From the NCBI RefSeq assembly GCF_009914755.1, contig NC_060944.1: DNA of 64,000 bases, one strand, 5' to 3'. Below are positions 35,226-50,234 of the stretch, piece by piece (positions within the stretch are counted from its first letter, which is position 1; the number at the start of each line of letters is the position of its first letter). Source of the stretch: the human T2T-CHM13v2.0 reference genome, Homo sapiens. The notes beneath the pieces were generated by a model, which did not search any database, was not told where the DNA came from, and saw nothing but the letters and a program-made list of their open reading frames with translations. A program made the position numbers and the translations under genes.

Positions 35226-35387
35226 CTCCAGCCACCACCAGGCTGAGCAGTGAGGAGAGAAAGTTTCTGCCTGGCCCTGCATCTGGTTCCAGCCCACCTG
35301 CCCTCCCCTTTTTCGGGACTCTGTATTCCCTCTTGGGCTGACCACAGCTTCTCCCTTTCCCAACCAATAAAGTAACCACTTTCAGCA
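35226..35387 (+). other. WFDC2: WFDC2 exon 4 (non-coding 3' UTR)
   Basis: Pyrimidine tract ttttcttcctccag|CTCCAGCC; AATAAA at 35366-35371 followed by a GT-rich downstream element. Confidence 0.9.
35366..35371 (+). terminator. WFDC2 polyadenylation signal
   Basis: AATAAA about 16 nt before ttcagca, followed by gttctgtctctgtct. Confidence 0.85.
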
Positions 35388-36019
35388 CGTTCTGTCTCTG
35401 TCTCCCCTGACTTGGGTTGAGGTGGGTGGGCAAGTGTTAAGGGTGTGACCAGATCATCCAGGCATGAAGTCCAGAGAAGGATCATCTGGTAGGTGTTAGC
35501 ATTCTCCTGGTGGATCCCTGCATCAACCCTATGAATCTGGTCATTATTCCTCCAGGAGGATGGATGAGAAAAACGAGGCTCAGACAGGTGGTGGGGTGCT
35601 TCCAAAGTCACTCAGATTCATTGCTGGGGGTGCTGATAAGCAGCAGCATGCACCAGGTGCCAGACACGGTGCTGGGAGGTTTGCTTATGAGATCCTCTGG
35701 GTCCTCAAAACAATCCCCAGAGCAGTTAACAACATACCCCTGTCATAGACCTGGACTCCATGAGGTTACTTGCCAGTGGCCACACAGAAAGATGGCAATC
35801 CAGGATCCTCTCTTGTTGATACTTTAAGTCAAAGTTTTATTTTATATAAGTAATATAGTCATATGCATCCAAACTCAAAAGATTAAAAAAAGATATACAA
35901 TGAAAAGTGTCTTTCACCCTTTATCCCCTGTCTCCACCTTCCACCCCAGCCACCAAGTTGTTTTCTATAAAGACAAAAAATGTTCTCAGTTTCTTGGGTT
36001 TCTTTTCAGATATGTATCC

Positions 36020-36250
36020 CCAGCTCTCAATCCTTTCTCTCTCCCTTCTCTATTTCTTCCTCTTTTCCTTTCTATTCCCCCTCTATGCCTCACTCTATTC
36101 TCTTTCTCTCTCCTCTATTCCTTCCTCTCCATCCTCCCCCTCTCCATACTCCCTCTCTTAATGCCCCTCTCTCTATGTACTTTCCTCTCTCTCCATAGTG
36201 TCCCCTTCTACTTCTCTCCCCACTCCCTATCTCTATCATCTCTTTCCATC
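36020..36250. repeat. CT-rich low-complexity tract
   Basis: Pyrimidine-dominated sequence. Confidence 0.8.
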
Positions 36251-36376
36251 TGTTAGAGTAGGTAGTTAGACATGAGCAGGACAGGAGAGGGCTCCCCCCT
36301 CACACGCCCAGGAATGTCAGGTGACGATCAGGTGATGGTCAGGTAGTGGTTAAACTGTCTCTCTAAAATGATCACT
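36251..36376 (+). mobile_element. Truncated ERV1 LTR (MER50-like) 5' end
   Basis: TGTTAGAGTAGG...GGAATGTCAGGTGACGATCAGGTGATGGTCAGG, cut off by an Alu. Confidence 0.6.
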
Positions 36377-36377
36377 G

Positions 36378-36657
36378 GGCCGGGTGCAGTGGCTCACGCC
36401 TGTAATCCCAGCACTTTGGGAGGCCGAGGCGGGTGGCTCACCTGAGATCAGGAGTTTGAGACCAGCCTGGCCAACATGGCCAAACCCCATTTCTACTAAA
36501 AATACAAAAATTAGCCAGGCATGGTGGCATGCACCTGTAATCCCAGCTACTTGGGAGGCTGAGGCAGGAGAACTGCTTGAACCCGGAAGGTGGAGGTGGA
36601 ATGAGCTCAGGTCACACGACTGCACTCCAGCCTGGGCAACAGAGAGAGACTGCATCT
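36378..36657 (+). mobile_element. Alu lacking an A-tail
   Basis: Alu dimer ending gagactgcatct with no poly(A). Confidence 0.9.
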
Positions 36658-39600
36658 TATTTTTATTTTTTAAAGTTACAAATAAAAGTTTTCTTGGCTC
36701 TGAAAAACAAAGATCAGCAATGTTTTAAGTAAAAAGTCATAGAAGGGTTATTTTAGTCTTCTATTAGTTCAGTCTATGCAGTTAACACCTGTTCTGCTTG
36801 ATATTCATAAACATTTCAGCTCTCCATGAGAGTCCTGAAAGTTTTTTCCTCGATTCTAATGTCACAATCTCCAAAGGTATCAGAAACCTGCATTCAAGAG
36901 CACCTGTCAAAGTCCTATAGCTGATTATAAACCACCTTTTGAAGAGAATCAAAACAAGACAATAATTGTGGGTGACAAAAAGTCTTAGGACAGCCACTAC
37001 TAAAGCCACATTTGACAATTTTGGTTACTTCTGTGGCATACAATTTTACACAACAATTATAATTATTAATTACATACACTAAGCCATATCAGAATTACAG
37101 GACTTTCCAGTAATTTTGGAACATATACTAATAACATATTTATACAAATACAGCCCAAAGAAAGCCAAACACCATTTTATATTTGACAATGCTTCCTGTA
37201 TGATTTTTATACCAAATAAGCCAAATATGTCATTTTTGGACTTTAGGGGACCTAATAGCTATAAGATTAATTAGGTCAGAAAAAGACATAATTTGTAATT
37301 TGGTTTTGGAAAGTTTGTTACTATCAAAGGTTTAAAACACTTGATATTATAGAAGAGAATCATAGGCCACCATAAGTCATCTAGCCAAAATAACTCAAAA
37401 ATTTTAAAAAGGCAAAAAACTTTATTCATGGAAAATCTTGTTCAAGAGAAAGCCAAATTTCACCTTTGCATTAGTGTACTATTAATATCAAACCCAATTC
37501 TTAGTAGAACCTTAGACAAATCTCTTCAATTTTAATGTTCGACCCTAAGGTAAGATTCTTATAAATCTTATGACCCTTTACAATTTTTGTTAAAGAGCAG
37601 ATCAGTGCTCCAAGGAAATCCTTTTGTGCTTTTATTCCAATGTTCAATTTACAGAAAAACCGAATAATGTCACTTTAGCTTTAGCCAATATGTTCACATA
37701 TAAAATTTCTTTTACCAGATTAATCTTTCACAAACCTATCACAACTTGCTCAAACCTTCAGCTTTATGCTATCTTAGTTAAAACCTTTAACCCTCTAAAC
37801 TAGTGTAGCCAAAAAACTCCCACATTTCCATGCCTTCTTATAATCTTTTACCAAAAACACATTTCACTTTCCTGACACACCTTGCATGTAAAACGTTTCT
37901 GTAGTAGTCTCCATTGCATGTTACACTGTTAACTCTTAGAAACTTTTGTTGTTGCTGAAAAACCTGATAAGTGAGTGATTTTTAATTTTGTAGCAGGTGT
38001 GGAGCCTAAGATACGAGACAAAAATGCAGATAAGGTATCCTTCCATCATAGTGAGGGGGCATCCCTAACTCCGCATGTCCACAGGCCTTACCTAGAATCT
38101 AATAGCTCAAAGAATAGCTCTTCTTTGACTTTTCAAAAGTCAAAGAAGCAGTTCATGATCTTAAAGCGTTTAGCAAACCTAATTATCTGACCTAATTTAG
38201 ACCAAATGTCTTTATTTTACCAATAATTTTTTAAACTGTCCTTCCAAAGCTTACTAAAGTCACGTGAACTAAAAGGCATTAGTTTTTATTTTCCTGACAA
38301 AATATTTAAGCGCTTATTTTTAAGCCAATTAATCAGAGCTCCTTCATATATAAATGTCACACACACAACACATATAAATATACAGACAGCAGAAGATCCA
38401 GTAGTTGTTACGATTTTTTATTTGGCAGTTTTTAAGTTTCTTAATTGGATTACTGGCTTCAGGGTGGGGTCCTTTGAGGAACAGGGTTAGGAAAACATGC
38501 CGTTTCTAGGGCTTAATAAGCAGATACAGATGGAAAGCAAAACAGATCCCCCAAAATTCAGGGTCCTATTTTTATACCGGATCCTCAATTCCCAAAAAAG
38601 AAATACTACAGAACAAGACAATGAATGATCTTACTGTGAGTTTCATTGCAAGACAACCCAGAGTCAATCAGCCCATTCTGTGATCAGCCTATCCCCCACG
38701 GAAGCCTTATCTCAGTGGTGGGGTGGGGGATGGGGACGTTTCCATACCTTCCAGGTGGCTGAGAGCACGCCTCTCTGATCCAAACGTGCAGAGAGCCAAG
38801 TATCCCGCCATAACTGCCACTGGCCATGCCCAAAAGTATATTTGCTACCTAGTTATTACACACCAAAGCTCACTCATAATGTGAAGTAATTTCTGATACT
38901 CTAAAAAGTAAAAAATGTCAGATAACGCAATGCAAAACAGAACAGAGCCTTAGCTTTTGAGAGAGATCTATCTGCTTCCAATCCCTGGGTCTTAATGAGG
39001 AAAACAGATGTTTTCCCTAAAACGGGGTCTGTGGCACCTCCTCTGTTTTTCTCAAGGAGTCCAAGGCTATTAGAAATTATCTTAGGTCCTCTCACATGTG
39101 CATCAAGAGTGGCAAGAAGGCAAAACAGAGAAACAATTCAGTTGACTGTGAAAAAAAAAATACCTTTTTTTTCCCCTTGTCTTGTTTTCCCCTTGTAAAA
39201 AAAAATACTTTTTTCTTCATAAGATCCAAGAAGAGAAAAAAACATAAAGACCTTTTAAATATACGTATAGCTTGGATATCTGCTTTTAATTAAGCTAACT
39301 TTTAACAAAATCTCTTATTACCAGACTCTAGCCGGGACAAACAGCCAATATTTATGGCCTTTAAACTTTACCAAAGGTAATCTCCCAGGTGAAACCAATA
39401 AGCCTTAACTAAGGTTGTGACTTAACCACAGGTGTACGAAGTATTTTCAAACAGGTGGTAAGCAGTTTTTACAAGATTTAGAATCTACAAAGGTAGCTTA
39501 GAGAAGGGAAAATTCAAAAAGGAAAGCCAGATGTTGTTCAAGGAGGGGCAGAGAATCAACAAATGGCAAAGCTCACGTAGATATCAAACTAGAAAGGACT

Positions 39601-41147
39601 AATTCCCTGAGCTGGGAATTGAACCCTGAATGTGGGCTGCCATTGTGAAAAGACAAATCCTTAGCTACTAAGCTTCAGCATTGGGCAGTTTCCATTTCTT
39701 TTCTTAGAAGGACCCTAGAGGCAGCCAATTTTGAGCTTGCAAAGGCTTTTAACTGCTCAAGACAATTTTTAGGGCTATGACGTGAACCTCAAAATTCCTG
39801 TCCTCTGGATGCTGGAGACTAAGAAGGTATACCACCATATGGTTACAACAAGCTTCCAAGGGCATAAGACAAGGGGAAAACTTCAGTCAGTTTTTTGTTT
39901 GTTTCAGGGACCTGCCGCAAAGTTTGTAACTGACCAGTGTGCCGGACTGGCTTGAACAGCAAGCTTACCGGGTCCTAAGCCCATATTCTATCCTAAGGTA
40001 CCTCTCTTTATGACAGAAAAATACAGAAAGACAAATTCATAGCACAAATTACACCAGATTTGCTACAGCTTAATACTAGCCACATGAAGGCTTTTGTTTC
40101 ATTAATTGAAACTTTGCAGAGGAGGCAGTGATTTTTACCATTCCTACAGTCGGCGCGCACAGAGAGAGGCCAGAAGTCTGACTGGTAAGAAATTCTTACC
40201 CTTTTGCTGGCATGCCAGGTTTCTGGGTTCCCTTTCCCTGAGTGGCCCTAGCAAATCTACTTGCTGCATCATAGCCCTGGAGGCCAAGCTGCAACACAAA
40301 ATTAAAAAAAAAAAATCTCAATTTTGTAAGATGCTGCCCAGTGGGTTGCATGGGGTAACCAAATGAACATTTTCCATTCCAGCCAGAGCAAAATACGTGT
40401 GACAAAACATAGACATTAGCCGCTCTGCTTAGCACCCAATATCTAACTGGCAAGGCTCAAACTTGCCCCCGGTTGGGCCTTGTCATCTTTAATCCATTCA
40501 AAGTGGGGTGGAGTGACCTCCGACCCGGAATTTCAACATGTGGTCTCTGGGCAAGATGGAAGAGCAGGTAGTCTCAAGTAACAGAAACGATAGGAAAAGA
40601 AAAGGAGAGAAAGAGAGAGTAAGAGAGAGAAGCCTGGTCTGAGGCAGGGTGGGGAAGCGGGGAGCTCAGGGAGACCAGAGGAATACCCACCCATTGCAGC
40701 AACACTGAATCAAAAGTTCAGGCAGGTACTTGTCAGTCACAAAGGGATCTTTTCCAGCAGTCCCATCAGCTCTCAAGTTGCCCCCTCTGGGGAGAAAAAA
40801 GTTCCCCATGTTCCAAGATCCTGTACATGCCTAATCCAGTCACCTGTAGCCATCAGCAAACAGTGCAAGGCAGATTAATCCAGAGAATAGCAGTTAACAT
40901 TTCATAGTGCCAAATCCATTTCTAACCAAGAGGGATGTTACTGAGGGGGACCTCTGACCCACTGTCTTTCTCTTTTCTTTCTAACCACTGTCTTTCTCTT
41001 TTCTTTCTTTTTTTCTCTTTCTCTCTTTCTTCTTTTTGAGATGGAGTTTTTTGCTGTGTTGCCCAGGCTGGAGTTGTGCTTCATCCTAAGGTACCCCTTT
41101 TTATGACAGAAAAATACAGAAAGAAAAATTTACAAAATACAGAAAGA

Positions 41148-42414
<1,267 letters not shown>

Positions 42415-42677
42415 TAGAAGGGACTCTAATTTTTCTAAGTTAAGCCTTTAACCCAGGTTTGGTCAAGTGTCATTGCTTTTTATTAACAGGGGCCTTTAAG
42501 CCTCTTTGTCTTAGGAGGGACTCTAACTCTCCTAAGTTGGGCTTCTAACCCAATCCCATCCTTTACCCAGGTAAAACGTACCCCACCACATATACAGAGT
42601 TGGCCAATTGGTGCTGCAGTCTTTTTCTTTGGGTCAGAAGTCTCTTCAGTATAGTCGCTTCATGGTGGCCAGGAAGA

Positions 42678-43313
42678 TGTTACCAGAAAGGAGTCCGGAT
42701 CCAGACCCCAAGAGAGGGTTCTCAGATCTCACACAAGAAAGAAATCAAAGCAAGTCCGTAGAGTAAAGTGAGAAAGCAAGTTTATTAAGAAAGTAAAGGA
42801 AAGGGAAAAAGAGTGGCTACTCCATGGGCAGAGCAGCCCCAAGGGTTGCTGGTTCAAGATTTTTATGGTTATTTCTTGATTATATGCTAAAACGGGTGGA
42901 TTATTCATGAGTTTTCATGGAGAGGGGAAGAGATTTCCCAGAACTGAGGATCCCTCCCCTTTTTAGTCTATATAGGATAACTTCTGAGTGTTGCCATGGT
43001 GTTTGTAAATTGTCATGGCACTGATAGGAGTGTCTTTTAGCATGCTAATGCATTATGATTAGCATAGAATAAGCATTGAGGATGACCAGAGGTCACTTTC
43101 ATTGCCATCTTGGTTTCAGTGGGTTTCGGCTGGGTTCTTTACCACATCCTGATTTATTAGCAGGGTCTGTGACCTGTATCTTGTGCCAACCTCCTATCTC
43201 ATCCTGTGACTAAGAATGCCTAACCCTCTGGGAATGTAGCCAAGCAGGTCTCACCCTTATTTTATCCAGCCCCTATTCAAGATGGAGTCACTCTGGTTGG
43301 AAGGCCTCTGACA
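42678..43313 (-). mobile_element. MER41B-like ERV1 LTR (5' LTR of the provirus)
   Basis: On the minus strand it begins TGTCAGAGGCC...CCAGAGTGACTCCATCTTGAATAGGGGCTGG and ends ...CTGGTAACA; an adjacent PBS-like TGGCCACCATGAAGCGAC resembles tRNA-Arg. Confidence 0.9.
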
Positions 43314-44392
43314 CAATGATTTCTTACTTTAATCCTGGGGTGTATGCTTATCCTTTGGGGTGAGGGAGAAGGAGAATAAGGGAGTAATGTCAGTGACTCT
43401 GGCCCCCCAGGAACAGCCTTCATGTCCTTCCCTTCTCTACCCACCGTGGAACATGAGAGATCTGGAAAGTTTCAGTGACATTGTCTGGAATATCTGGCCA
43501 GCCTGGCTTGGTGTCTATCAGGCTTTATCTTCCTCATCTTCTTGTGGGACCAGGGACTAGGGACCAGACAAGGCCCCAGGGCATCTCCATTCACTCCCAG
43601 GGGCACAAACTGATAGAGCCTCCTGGTGGGAGTGGGGATGCTTTGTGCATATGATAGCCCCTTGGCCAGAGATGGCAGTGTAGATTTTCCCAGCTCCCCA
43701 CTTTCTGATTTCTATTTTTGTCCATGCTCGGGGCTCCCCAACCTTTTAGGCAGAAACAGAGGCATCCAGTGATGGGTTGGGAAGAGTTGCTGGGAACTCG
43801 GTGTGTGACTACCACTAGCTCCACTTTCTCCTGTCCTTCTACAGGTTTGCATTCTGAAAGAGTGGCCCAGGCAGGGTGATGTCTAACCCATGGATGGCAA
43901 AGGTGTCCACATGCCATCATTTCTTCCACCAGCACCCATATCACATGATTGCTGCTCCTTTCCATTAGCCCATGTGTGGCCACAGAGCCCTCAGCACAGG
44001 GCTCCAGGCAGCTGCTACAGCTGCCCATTGATTGGGGTTGATAGATAGATTTGCTACCCCTGATTTAACTCAAGAAATAAAATGCTAATGATGAAAAGTG
44101 AGACCTGGCAGTTGAGGTTTTACTGAGTAAGAAGACTGCACAGGGGACCCTGAGCAGGGGTCCAAAGGAGATGGGACCTCAGGCCCTCCACCAGAAGCTT
44201 AAGAGGGGGTAAAGCTTTTTCAAGGGGTCCCTAGCCCAGAGGCCTCCTGCAGAAGATGAGGTGGAAGTTGCCAGGGATCTCAGTAATGCACAGGAAGAAG
44301 CTACCAGGGAAGGAGGACTGAGAGGTGGGATGGGGCAGGTAAGAAAGCAGGGGTGGGTTAGACGAGGCAGAACCTCTGGCTGAGACCCTTCC

Positions 44393-45570
44393 TTTAATTT
44401 TCTTTTTTAAGCTGCTTGGTCAATAAGTTTATTGTTTTTATCTGAATAATCTTATAGAAAATGACTATTTGCCAGATGTGGTGGAACGTGCCTATATTCC
44501 TAAGTACTTGGAAGGCCAAGTGGGGGAGGATTGCTTGAGCCCAGGAGTTGGAGGCTACAGTGAGCTATGATTGTGCCACTGCACTCTGACTTGGGTGACA
44601 GAGCGAGACTCTGTCTCTGAAAAAAAAAAAGAAAAAGGAAAAAGAAAAGACAAGAAAATAGTTGTTTGGCTTAGCGCTCAGCAGCCTGCTCCTGAGCTCT
44701 TAGAAAACTTGCCTTCTGAGCTACTCAATCTTTCTTCTGGACAGGGGACGTCTTGGGATGGTTCCACCTTTTCTTAACTTCTTCCCCAGGCTTCTTCTCG
44801 TGAACTGGATTCTCTTGTTCAGCATCATGAGCTTTCTTACATGTCTCTCCGTCATGACTGGAGTTATGTTGTTCTTTATGTATTGAGAAAATTGTTTCTT
44901 GTAAACATCTTCATCTTCTTACATTGGGTAATGCATATAATCTGCGATCTTCTCACCCAGGATGTGCTTCTGCATTGAACTCCCTGCTTTCTGAATTGGA
45001 ACCAGGGAATTGTTTGGTAACTGTGAGGGATAGAAAACCTCAATCCACACCTCCCTTCAGGGCCCCCCTACCTTTATTTCCGTTGGTAGTTCTGGCAAGT
45101 AGCAAGTGAAGGCACCAAGTAACCATCAATGCTTCCCATGTGATACCCATCTCTGCTCACCTCCACTTGACCTTCATAGGTGTTGTCCATGCCAAGACTA
45201 TTGAGGGGCCTTCGGGTCAGCACAGGCCAGTACAATGTGCTGCATCATAATCTGGCTGGCCAACCTTCATGCTACACTCTAGACATTCATGAACATATGC
45301 TGTGCAGACAATCATATTCCCTTCTGTGTGGGCAAAAACCATATGACAAATGATCTCTCTGTTAGTTGCATGAACTATCCTGAATTTTGGTGTGTTCTAC
45401 TTATTTTCATCCTGGATTACCAAGTGTGTCTGAGCATAGTAATCAGTTTAACCCACTGGTCTTCTAAATGTCATCTGTATCTCTTAAAGTAGGCCTTACT
45501 CTTAACAATTTTAACACACTCCATCCTCCGGAACAGAGAGCTGTGTCCATGGCTTGACACAGACCTGCAG
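44393..45570 (-). pseudogene. RPL5P2: RPL5 processed pseudogene
   Basis: Minus-strand ATG at 45524 (MECVKIVKSKAYFKRY, cf. MGFVKVVKNKAYFKRY) to RAQEQAAER-TAA at 44671; intronless; frameshifts and stops; 3' UTR with AATAAA and a poly(A) remnant at about 44393-44408. The symbol is from recall of the locus. Confidence 0.9.
44470..44655 (+). mobile_element. Alu monomer (FRAM/AluJ right arm) in the RPL5 pseudogene 3' UTR
   Basis: Old Alu monomer with A-tail; degenerate TSD agaaaat(g/a). Confidence 0.8.
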
Positions 45571-46239
45571 CGTGCAAGGGGGGCCAGGCAAGGCGGAAGC
45601 CCTACGATCATTCTTTGATCAACTTTTGCAGCCAAGTGAATGCTGTAGGTTGGGGACTCTGAAGATTTGTGATTGGAAAGGGGGAAGGAAAAAGGACAGG
45701 GTCCCAGACTGGTCTCTTCCCCCTCTTCCAGGCCTTGATGGGCCACACTTGATATAGGCAGACCACAGCAAAGCTTAGTTTTGGCCAGGAGAACAGCTCC
45801 CAGGGCCCAGGAATCCCAGTAAACAGGTGGATCGAGATGGGACAGCCAACCTCAAGGCCCCTCGCAGAACCACTCAGCCCAGCTGCCCCTCCAGACGTCA
45901 GGGCAGGGCTTCTTCCCGCACTTATTTTCTCCCATTTCCGATGGCAAACTGCTTTGCAGATGCCTCTAAAGGCCATCCCCAGCCCAGGAAGCCATGTATG
46001 GTAATACCTACATGGAAACAGACATCTTCTCTGCAGGAAAGTGCAGGTTTGGGGTTGGAGCGATAGTAAGAAGTTACATGAGTGAGCTGGAGCTTAGAAA
46101 ATAAAGTTCTAAAGACAGACCAGTCAGGGAGGGGAAGGTCCTGCCCCAGAAACAACATCAGCAGAGGCATTCACTCATTCAATATTTATAAAGCACTTAC
46201 TATGTGTTCTATTCTAGGTGGTGGGGATTTGATAGAAGG

Positions 46240-46245
<6 letters not shown>

Positions 46246-46300
<55 letters not shown>
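46246..46300. repeat. (TG)n microsatellite ending in (CG)n
   Basis: About 24 GT units followed by gcgcgcg. Confidence 0.95.
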
Positions 46301-46899
46301 GTGGAGAGGATAGCCAATAAATAAATGAACTAACACATATATAACATGTTAGGTGGAGGAAAAGTTATGGAGAAATACACAGGTAAGAGGAATAGTGAGT
46401 CTGGGGGTGGGGTAGAGATGGGGGTGATTACTTTGCAAAGTAGTCAGGGAAGGTCTTAAAGTATTATTCAAGTAGTGAACTCAGTGAAGGAGGACATGAG
46501 CTGCGTGACAACCCATGAGAAGAGGAATTTAGAGAGAAGAGAGTTCCAGAACAAAGGACCTGAGGTCAGAGTGTTCTCAGGGTGTTGGGGATCATCCAGG
46601 AGGCTGGCATGGCTGGGGTGAATGAGTGGTCAGGAGCCTGAGGTGAGTTGAAGTCAGAGAGGTAGCATGGGCACAGAGAATAAGGGCCTTGTGGCTCATT
46701 GCAAGGATTTTGCCTTTTATTTGGAGCAAATTTGGGAGCCACTGGAGGAGTTTGAGCAGAAGAGTGACATATGACTTCAGTTGGAAAAGGATCCTTCTGG
46801 CTGCTGTGTTGTGAATACTACAGGGGAGATGCAGAACCAGGGAGGGCAGGTAGGTCACTGCAACAGGGCAGGCAAAAGCTGGCTTAAAAAAATGCTTCA

Positions 46900-47383
<484 letters not shown>

Positions 47384-47512
47384 TCAGTGACTTAAGGCAA
47401 CAATCATTCGCTCTCACTCCCATATCTGTGGGTCTGCTGGGGTTCAGCTGATCTAGGCTGGGCTCAGCTGGTTCTTCTTGAACCAGCAGGTTCCATAAAA
47501 TGTATTCCCTGG

Positions 47513-48211
<699 letters not shown>

Positions 48212-50234
48212 CTAGTGGAAGAAACTGCAGACTCTTTGATTGTGGATATAGGGAGGGTGATGAATTGGAGCCAGTAACTCAATCTACCACAGTTATTATG
48301 TTTAATAACAAGATATGCTTTGGTTGCTCTGATCCATTTATTCTGGCTGTGGGAAAAAAAGCACCATATGCTGGTTGCTGATTGAGAGCATGTACAGTAT
48401 CCTGCGAGATAGAACCTTACCCACTCGAAGTTTTATTTCCAAGTTGTTAATGTCACACCTGCAGGACATCCCACCATTCCACAAGTCTGGCTGCTTCTGG
48501 GTGATGGAGAACAGGATAAAACTGGTGAATCCCATGAATAACAGGCCCTTTCTTTCTTTATTTTACTGTAGCACTCTCCCTAGATGTCTGTATGGTTAAT
48601 CTTCACTCACCTCATTCAAGACTTTGCTTAAGTGTAACCTTCTCAAAAAGGCCCACTATGACCATCCTCATTAAAACTGCAACCTCTGCATCCCCAGTTC
48701 CCCTTATTCTACTCACTTTTTCCCCATAGCACCTTGTACTACTATTAGTCTATATAATTAAATTATATATTATGCTTATTGTTTATTTTCTGGGCCCCAC
48801 CCTGAATATAATATTTATTATCTTTGCCCCACTCAGAGTGTTTGTGATCAAGAAGGGGAAAGGAAAAGATTATTGTTTTGTCCGTTTTGTGTTTGGCATA
48901 TAGTAGGCACTCAATAAATATATGTTAATTGAATGAATGAATGAGGAGTTCTTTTCTAGAAGCAATATTATATGGGATACAGTCACTGTGATTAAGAAAT
49001 TCCACAAATCCATGGGTACCAGTACTGGCACAGGCATGGAAGGCAAGGAAATAAAATTCAAATTCAGAATATCTATTCCAGTGAGGGCCAATCACCCCTG
49101 CCTCCATGCTTTTGAAGGGGTCTCATGTACCTGTCACCAGATAGCTGGTTCATTTTCTCTGGTTAACGGCACCATATCAGGGCTTAGATTGGCCATCACG
49201 CTAGCAGGCTCACTGCTGGAGTACACTGCTGTATACCATAAGTGTCAATAGGCCAATCAGCCTTGCTAAGTGGGAAGTCCATGTCATTGGCCCCAGGCTT
49301 AGTCCCTACCACTGTCACATGGTGCTTTGTTCATGAGCCCCCTGAGCAAGCACTAGGGTGGCCAGGGAGACAGGCTGACTGACATCTATGGGGGTGTCAT
49401 CCTCTCTAAGTGATTACAAGAGCTTCTCTTGTAGCTTTTGTGAAGTGCCTGCGGGACATTGAGGGAGGTCTTGGCCCATCTCCTGGGCTCAGTTCCTCTT
49501 TGGCTTTGAAGCCCAGTAAATAGCTAATTCTATATGTTGTCATACTGGGTACTGGCCATTATTACATTGTCACAATGGGACTGTGCAAGTGTGCTGTCTC
49601 AGTTTCACATAGCTTCTGCAGGAAGATGGTACTAATTGTGTAGTAAGAAACTGTGTTTATAACCTGGATATTAGATCAAGATGGTGAAGATTGCTTCACA
49701 TTTTTACAACATATCAGGGTGATATGTTGCAAATGTAAGAAACTTGGTAAACCCCATGTGGGATTTCCTCTATCTAGTAGGCTTGCACCAACCCAAAATA
49801 TTCCTTGTGAGGAAACTGGAAGGTTACAGAAGCAACACTCATTGAAAATCCCCCCAATCTTATGTCCTCTGTAATGCTTTTCTGAAAATGCATCATCTGA
49901 TCATATTGCAGTAAATGCAACTGCTATATGATTTAAACGTTCATTTCTCTAAGCCTCAAACCCGGTCCAATTCCATTTATGTAGTGTCCAACCTAGGGCT
50001 TGGTTTAAGTGAGGAGAGGTCAAGAGTAAGACAAGATCTCTTCCGGATTTTGAGGTGTCCTAACACCCATTATTTGCAAATGAGCTTAAGTCCTTTCAGG
50101 GACCACCCCAGCAGAACATGGTGTCCAGAAGAGTCAGAGGAGCTAATTATTGGATTCAATCACAGACCAGTGCAGGGATCTTGGAGTCCAAAATACACTC
50201 TTCTTGGGCAGGGAAGGGGAGAGGCTGCCCGCTA

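Noticed and set aside
45960-46066. tgcag|AT...KPCMVIPTWKQ resembling a WFDC9/10/11 exon start
   Set aside because: The rest of the cysteine pattern is missing.
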